Source: the human T2T-CHM13v2.0 reference genome, Homo sapiens. Taken from it: a stretch of DNA of 64,000 nucleotides. Shown here one piece after another: positions 56,297 to 64,000 of this stretch. The notes under the pieces were generated by a model. It was not told the origin of the DNA. It did not search any database and saw nothing but the letters and a program-made list of their open reading frames with translations. The stretch's first letter is position 1, and each line of letters starts with the position of its first letter. The DNA lies in assembly GCF_009914755.1 (NCBI RefSeq), contig NC_060948.1, one strand, 5' to 3'. Made by a program: the position numbers and the translations under genes.

Positions 56297-56905
56297 AGTG
56301 TAATTTTTTAACTTTTATATTTTAATTCCATTTTTCCATGAACTTTTTGAAGTCCCCTGATATGTAACTGCAGAGGAATTCTTTATATGTATTCAACAAA
56401 TAAGCCACTTCCCACTGACAGGCCTTTACCCTGGCTGTACCTTTCACCTGGAGAGAGAACTGTCTTACCCAATTCCAGCCCTGACTTCACAAAGGATCAC
56501 ACTTGGACATGGGATATTTCTCAGGGTCTGTCTCTTCTGGTTTTCTTCTAGCCAAGTCTTAAATCTCTCCACTACATAGCATCCAGAACTATTTTTCTTT
56601 TCTATGCTTTATTTAGAAGAGTGTTCATTGTTTATTTTTTCCATTGCTACTTTCAAATCTGCCTGTGTGAGTAAACAGTGGCAAAGAAGATATCCTCTTT
56701 CCCACAGATTGTGCAACTAAGAAAGGACATCTTCATAACTACAAAATAAGTGAATGAAGGACAAGCTAGACAATTTCTCACCAGCTTCTCCATGTGGTCT
56801 TCCAAAAGAAATTATTGATAAAGTCCTGCTAACTTCCTACTTCTACTTTTTAACTCCATTTCCAAATGTAGTTTGTGATATGACTTGGGAGGCCTTGTGA
56901 TGTAA

Positions 56906-57250
<345 letters not shown>

Positions 57251-57592
57251 TTAGTGGCTGTTTTGAATACATAGATCCATAAGAGTGTTTTAGCATGAAC
57301 TCTGCAAAAGCAATATGCCATTGTCTCTCCCATTTACCTGTAAGTAAAAAAGGACAGTTCCATGTTCTTTGTGTCACTCAAAAATAGCATCTCTGGTATT
57401 GTGTGTGTTTTTTGGGAGTCTATAGATCATGATAAACAGCAGAGATGGAAAATCAACATTTGATTCCCACTTTCCCTTCCAATGGCAGCACTGTTTAGCC
57501 TGTATTCACAGAATATCTGCCTGTGAATCCTGACTGTTCTATCTCTCCCATGAGGTACACCATACAGTCTAGTCATTTCTGTCATTTGTCCT

Positions 57593-58001
57593 TGTAATGT
57601 GTTGAATAATCTCTCCATTCAGACAAGTCCACCCAGAACCTGTAGATGGGAACTTATATGGAAAAGGGGTCGTTACAGATGAAATTCAGTTGAAGATTTT
57701 GTGATTAGGGTGAGTCTTCAATGCCATGACTTTATAAAAGAAGAGAAGATACACAGAGGAGAAGACCACATGGAAATGGAGATACCAGCTGGAGTGATGA
57801 TGCCACAAGCAAAGGACAACTGGAATCAACAGGAGCGGAATAGGGAAAATAGATCCTTTCCCTAGAGCCTCTGGAGGGAACTTGACCCTATCTACTCCTT
57901 GATCTCAGACTTCTTGTCTCCAGAAGTGAGAGAATATTTATCTGTTGTTTATGTTACACAGCCTTTGGTAAATAGTAATGGAATCTTTAGGAAATGAATA
58001 C
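57593..58001 (+). mobile_element. MLT1C-like MaLR LTR
   Basis: tgtaatgtgttgaataat...ctggagtgatgatgccacaagc...ccctagagcctctggaggga...taggaaatgaatac. Confidence 0.85.
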
Positions 58002-58679
58002 TGATCTGTGGTATAATTATAAATTTTACTCCATATCTCACCTCTTTTATGAACACTTACATTTGACTTTTAGTTCCAATTACTGAATAAAAGACTTGGT
58101 AATCAAGGTAGTCAAATAGAGGATGGAAATTCAGATACTGTCCTGCAAGTGAGGGAGATTTTGTTTAGAGGAGTGAGCCACTTGAAATTCCACTCCTTAG
58201 GTGAGATAATGAGTCCCCCAGAGAGCTCTCCCAGACCCCTGGGTTAATAAGCACATGTTAAAGGTGAACTATAGGTATTCCTCCTCTAACATGGGCCTTC
58301 CATGAATGAGTAGACTGTATAAGTGCCTCCGATATTGGTGGGTAGGTAGATGTTCCTAGTTCATTTTCAAACAGATAAATAAGTTTTTAAAATTAATTTT
58401 AGTAAAGGGAGAAATAACCTCTAATGGTAAATTCTAAGAGACTTATGTCTGTAATGGGTACGTCAGAAGATGCCTACATTAATTTTGTTAAATTGATGAC
58501 CTTCCAAGCCAGAGTTAAAGTATCCTAAAATGCCGAGATGAAGATAATTAAACTATGAAGTTTTGAGGAGGTATATATAACGTTCTATTTCCTAATAAGT
58601 AGGAATTAGAAGACCAAAATAAAGAATCATTTGATTTTGCATTTTTTTAGTGAAGTTATGAGAAATTAGTGTAAGAGAA

Positions 58680-58850
58680 GAAGTTCTCAAAGCAGTGCCC
58701 ACATTATCAAAATCAGTCTCACCTGAAACCTAGTTAGAAAAGCATATTCTCAAGTCCCACCCCAAGCAGACTTGCTAAATCAAACACTCTGGATTAGGAC
58801 CCAGAAACTTGCACTTAAACAAACTCTACTAGAGATGCAGATGCACAGCC
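58680..58850. mobile_element. MER5A hAT MITE
   Basis: gttctcaaag...tcacctgaaacctagttagaaaagcatattctcaagtcccacccca...cttaaacaaact. Confidence 0.75.
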
Positions 58851-60071
58851 TCTGCTAGAATAAGGCTAACATGAAACCATTTACTTTTCCAGCTCTGTGA
58901 GTAGTTTCACAGAGAATGTGACAACTATATAAAAAGATTATAATTTTTACTTTTTGGAGAGTTGAATCAGTAACCTTCAAATAGTTTCTTAAAGAGACAG
59001 ACTATTGGGAAATCTGCATTTTATTATTAAATCTTAGTGATAACAAGTTGTCAGTGAGTAAATTTAATGTGGCCAAAACCTGGCTGGGGAAAATGGCTGC
59101 AGGAGAGCCCATTGCTAATCATGTCCCCAGGGAAAACCTGGAATCAGTGCTGAGTTTTGCCAACCTGAAGGAGTTGATAGTAGCCTTGTCCCTAAATTGG
59201 CTGCACAGTCTGCTTTAGAGGAGAAATTAACATGTTCCAAAAGGATGACTTCAATTTTCATTTGGAGCCACACCCTGGGAGATGCAAAGCCATGTGTCTC
59301 TGTTGAATATACAGGTGACCTGGAGAAGGAGTGTGGGTGAACTCCAGAGAAACAGTGAAAATTTTACTCTCCCTTCTCTCTTGATTTCCAGAAAAGAATG
59401 AGACCACTATGCTCCATGTCCCCAATTTCCAAAGCTTATTTAGATTTCAAAAATGATTTGAAGACCCAGCCATGTGTGTTGCAAGAAGCCTATTGACTTT
59501 ACTACTGGTGACAGTCCTGGCCCTAGTGAAAAAGGAAGCAACACAAAATTAAGTTATCCCCTCAATAATGACAGAATTGCAATCAGAGAATGAAATTTGT
59601 TTTCTCATCTGATTATACCCAAAAGGCTACATTCAGATGAGCCATCTCTCCATTTTGCAGAAGAGAAAATCTTATAAAATGTTTATGTGAGGGTGTTGAG
59701 GGAGTTCTTTGACACAGGAGAGTCATTGGATAGCAGGAAAGCAGATGTGAAAGTTAGACTTCTGAGTAAAGTGAGAATGAAGATAAGATAGACTTGAAAC
59801 AGGATATTTCGAGAAAATTGAAATGCAAAAGTGAATCCTTTCCTTTGACTTATTTATAATAGAAAACAAAATAAAGAGAATCTTAGAAATCTTGAATATT
59901 CACATTTAGTTTAAGTAAATAATAAAATATTTTCCAGAAACTTGTAAATAACATAGAAACATAACATAGCATTTTCTCTCTGTCTTTCTCTCTCTGTATC
60001 CCTGTCTCTCTGTTTCTCTCTGTATTTCTATCTCTCTTTCTCTAACACACACCTGTCCATTTAATATAGGT

Positions 60072-60133
<62 letters not shown>

Positions 60134-60152
60134 GAAGGAAGGAAGAAAGAAA
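60072..60152. repeat. (GAAA)n/(GGAA)n tetranucleotide STR (preceded by a TC-rich tract at 59974-60043)
   Basis: Direct inspection. Confidence 0.97.
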
Positions 60153-60969
60153 GGTTGAGTGGGGTATTTACAATGTGGTACATTTGATTTTGACTGTTTT
60201 TGACATTCTTATTCTGAAAAATGATATAACTTTGAAATTAATTATGTTTACACACCCATACATACTCTTCACATAGGCAATTGGTGTGAAAATGTGTCCA
60301 GTGAGTCTAAAAATAATAAAACTGTGTAATGTGAAATGTGGAGGAGCATTGTAGAATGCATATTAAAACAAAATAACCATAAAGATAGATTCTAGCACAG
60401 AATGCCTGGATTCCAATCCTTTGATAGGATTTCAAAGTGAAATGAGATAAAATGACTGGAGAGAGAGAATGATGATAACTTTAGACACTAAGGCAATTCC
60501 CAGGATGTGTTCAGTGTGACACATTGCACATGGACCTTAAGCAAATGCACAATGGTCAGTTGGGCTCAGGGGATTTCTAGGGTGGACTAGCCCTAGCTTG
60601 GGTTTAGAAGAAGCTTGACAGAGCCTCTCTCCTAGCCATACATCTATCAATCTGGGAACAGCAAAAATGCACTCAGTGGGATTTAGGACTTTTCCCCAAA
60701 GCATTAGAGACACAGAGCTCTATCGGTCATCTCTGAATTCTCTGAGTTCCCATGTCTTGTCTTAAGATTCTTGTTGGTTTGGCTTCTTTTTTCTTGCTTT
60801 GTCCAATAATTCCACCAGCTTCTTACGTTCTTGGTTAATGAAGTAACCCATGACTATCTCAGCACTCAAGTTTGTCCCTATTGATTGATACCTGTAACTT
60901 CTAGCTATCTGATTTTTCCACAAATCCCCCAATACACATCTACACCAGTTTTTGAATCTACTTTTTTTT

Positions 60970-61400
60970 TTTTCTCCAAGGTTACCAATGACCTCAGGAA
61001 ATGCAGTCAGATCCAATTATCTCCTCTTAGTCCACCACTGGCATTACAGTATTTGACTCTATTCACCCGCATCTCAGTTTCAAGGCGTAGCTCTGTGGCT
61101 TTAAATCTGTTCGCCTTCTTCATTGACTTCAGTTTATCCAACAATTTTTATAAGTCAGCATTTCCCAAAGCTGTGCTTGAATTCAGCCTGTGCCTCTAAA
61201 CTCTGCTTTCTGTGGGTTCCCAATCATCCCTATAGCTTCTACCATGAGTTCTTTGCTGCTAAGTCCCTAATATGTGTTTCTTTGCTCTCATTTCTAAAAG
61301 CCAAACACTTACACCTGTAACTCAGCACTTCTAAAATTAAATTCGTGACTGCCTTCTCTATTTTTGCAGTCTGGATTGATTATCAGTGTTCTCTAGTTTA
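60970..61400 (+). mobile_element. L2 fragment
   Basis: ccaaggttaccaatgacctc...cagtatttgact resembles the L2 body. Confidence 0.4.
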
Positions 61401-61543
61401 ATAATAAACCCATGGAATACCGCGGAGCCATAAAACAATAATTTTATTAGGTAAATATATATTAATCATATTTTTATTTTAAAATACATGCTGAGTTAGC
61501 ACATTGCATTTATTTTCAGGAATGTCTGTAAAACACTTTTAAA

Positions 61544-61628
61544 TTCTTTCTTTCTTTTTGGAGATGGAGTTTTGCTGTTGCCCAGCGTGTAGTGCAGTAG
61601 TGGGAATCTCAGCTCACTGAAATCTCTG
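61544..61628 (-). mobile_element. Alu 3' fragment (heavily 5'-truncated)
   Basis: ggagatggagttttgctgttgcccag...gtgcagtag...tctcagctcactg. Confidence 0.8.
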
Positions 61629-62044
61629 TTTGTTGGGAGACAATCAATGAGACCAGTGTCCAGTGTGTATCAGGAATGGTGGCATGCTTTCTATTACTGG
61701 TCTCCTCATTTGTGTGCATTCACCCCTCACACTTTCCTTATTCTAAAAAGTCTTTTATAAATCTTGAAGTTCTTCACCTTTTGCAGCCCAGGGCCATTTC
61801 TCCAGGTTTGCAGCACAAGTGATGCAGCAGACCATCAAGGGAGACATCCAGTAATGCGTGAGTACGTCTTCTGCCCTGAATTCTACTCTGCTACCACTTG
61901 GGTGAATTAAGTTGCCTACAATGATGGTACCCCTAGATCTAGTGACTCAGCCAACTCAAGCACAGGAGTATGATTACATTCACCTGGGATAGTGATTCTG
62001 ACATGCAGCCAAGATAATGGATCTACCACCATGAAGGAAGAGCC

Positions 62045-62301
62045 ATTAAACAATGGCTAGTAGGCCAAATCCCTCTGGCCATCTGTTCCTTTAGGGACCA
62101 CTGACTAGGAATATATTTTCATATTTTTGAAATGATTGGGAAAATAATCAAAAGGAGGCTCATGTTTCATGATGATAAAAATTATACAACATACAAATTT
62201 CAGTGTGCATAAATGGGAACACTACCATATTTGTTTATCTTCATATTGCCTGTAGCCGCCTTCTCCATATGACAGCAAGGTTGAGTAGTTGCAGCAGAGA
62301 C
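62045..62301. mobile_element. MER58B-like hAT element
   Basis: ggccaaatcc...aatcaaaagga...aaatttcagtgtgcataaat...gttgagtagttgcagcagagac. Confidence 0.7.
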
Positions 62302-62737
62302 TTCACCCATCTTCAAGGTTTTCTCACCTCTCACTCTCAAGGTTTTGTGCACAATGTATGAAATATTTGCTCATGACTTTTCCTACTTTCTTAAACATTT
62401 TGGTTTCTACTTGGTTTTAAAGAAGATCAACCTTGGCCCTGGATTTCCTAGTTAAATATAGACAACCTAGATTAATTGTATCATAACATTATCTCCCCTA
62501 AGCTGTCTGATGGGCCAGGAATGTTGCAGTAAGTAAACTCATGCATCTTTTCTGGACATGAATCAAGAAGCAGTGAACTTGGAAGGGACCTTGGGCCATC
62601 AAGGGAGTTAGCTTTAAGATGACTGAAACAACAGCAGGTAGGGCAGTGTGAGGAAAAAAACCAAGCACTTGGTTCATAAAGGAGTTGCTGGATGAAGTTT
62701 TCCCTGAAGGATGACCAACCTTTGAACTTTCCATTTA

Positions 62738-62823
62738 GTGTTGTCAGAACTAGTAGATAATATAACATGACCAGTTGTATTTAAATTTTAGATAAACAAC
62801 AGAGAACTCTTCAGTATAAGTGT
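62738..62823. mobile_element. MER53 left half
   Basis: gttgtcaga...ccagtt...tttaaattttagataaacaac...agtataagt. Confidence 0.55.
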
Positions 62824-63259
62824 TGTAAAAATAAGTAACTCAAAATCAAAGCTGTTGGAACTTTTTTTTTTTTTTTGAAACTTAAAGGAATGTGGTTATG
62901 GGAACTAAGTCTCCTGACAGGCAGCTTTAACCTAGGCAGCTTCAACCTTTGTTCTGCTGATCATAGAATACCCTTTGCTTTACCTACATTGTCTTGTAAA
63001 ATATTGTGAATTACTAAAGGGCAACAGAGAAGATCCCTTCCCACTGCACTGTTGATTTTCCTTGTGAATTAACTTATCTCTTGCTTCTCATGCACAAAGA
63101 TCTCACAATTACCACATTATCTAAGATGAAATATTAAATATACTTTTAATTTAGAAAAGGGAAGGAAAGCAGCTGTAAGTTAGCTGTATGTAAGTTTGAC
63201 CAAATTGATGAAACTCTTTTATACCGGATTCTGATCCTTTTGATGATTTTAGGTTGACA
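62824..63259 (+). mobile_element. LTR24-like ERV1 solo LTR (internally deleted)
   Basis: tgtaaaaataagtaactcaaaatcaaagctgttggaact...ttttaggttgaca; 4-bp TSD gtgt/gtat. Confidence 0.65.
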
Positions 63260-63332
63260 GTATGTTGTATGTTAGTGTGTATTTACATGTGTATATATGT
63301 ATAGGTACATATATTCATATATATGTGTGCAT

Positions 63333-63355
63333 GTGTGTGTGTGTGTGTGTGTGTG
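63333..63355. repeat. (TG)n microsatellite
   Basis: Direct inspection. Confidence 0.95.
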
Positions 63356-64000
63356 CACTAAGCTCTTATTTGTTCCCCTACTGACTGTTTTTATTTATTT
63401 GGATAACATCTTGAACCTCTTGTTACTACCTGTTATTACTGTTCAGAAGTTTGGCAGCAAAAGCAGATGTTGAACTCAATTAATAATTCTAACCTTACAT
63501 AAATGCTAAACTTTCAGTAGATAAACTTGGACCCATTATGTATTTTTAGAGAAGAAGTCATGTGCCAAAACACCTAGATGTGTTAACTTTTCAGCGAAAC
63601 CTTATCAGAATCACTTATCAAAGAAAATATGTGGCACAACTCCCTGGACTTGCCATTTAAAAACCCACGATCTTTATATGTAATATGTATATATAATACA
63701 TATTTATTTAACCCATGAATTATATGTAAGGTGTTTCACTAACAGACTTTCTTTCTATAATCAACCATATTTCTTGGTATCAAGGTATATCCTGTAGCCT
63801 GATTTTCATGTCCCATAACTTTTGAGTGGGTAATTGTAACTGATCATAGCTCATTATGCAGTCTTCTGGAGGCTGCTGTTTTTCAACATTTTATCCAATG
63901 AATATTTGCATAAAAAGAGTAGACTAAATATCCCAATTTTGCTTAAAAAATGCACACAGAATTCAGGAGGTGAAGAGTCACAGGGATAAGAAGCCACACT

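Larger units (their letters stand above)
54591..56360 (+). mobile_element. Hsmar2 mariner transposon, near full-length, interrupted by LTR22
   Basis: Degenerate TIRs (gacttcagaaacttcatggaaa / tttccatgaactttttgaagtc) with flanking TA; transposase remnants. Confidence 0.9.

Noticed and set aside
61631-61920. TG...CA-bounded segment with a 9-bp inverted repeat (gagaccagt/actggtctc), possible LTR or pre-miRNA hairpin
   Set aside because: I could not assign a family confidently, and the stem is too short and interrupted to support an RNA gene.

Overview
AT-rich, gene-poor primate (most likely human/great-ape) non-coding DNA, roughly half of it recognisable transposable-element remnants: Alus (FLAM/J/S/Y, including a young AluYe-type copy), L1s of many ages (L1MA/MB/MC to L1PA3/4), L2/MIR, MaLR solo LTRs (THE1, MST, MLT1), ERV1/ERVL LTRs, three HERV-K-class solo LTRs (MER11, two LTR22-family), hAT MITEs (MER5/58/53), MADE1, and a near full-length dead Hsmar2 mariner. 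I found no host protein-coding exon, RNA gene, CpG island or CRISPR array. The long ORFs are decayed L1 ORF1/ORF2, Alu read-through or microsatellite artefacts. I see no evidence for a new biological system. The best signals are mechanistic footprints: an L1PA3 3' transduction with its own polyA signal, a TSD-flanked L1 insertion made only of 5'UTR, Alu and L1 sharing one palindromic endonuclease site, a twin-primed L1 with filler, fold-back templated insertions, and a tail-to-tail Alu pair both deleted at their inner ends. Subfamily names come from recalled consensus sequences, not a database search. Boundaries of old elements are approximate.
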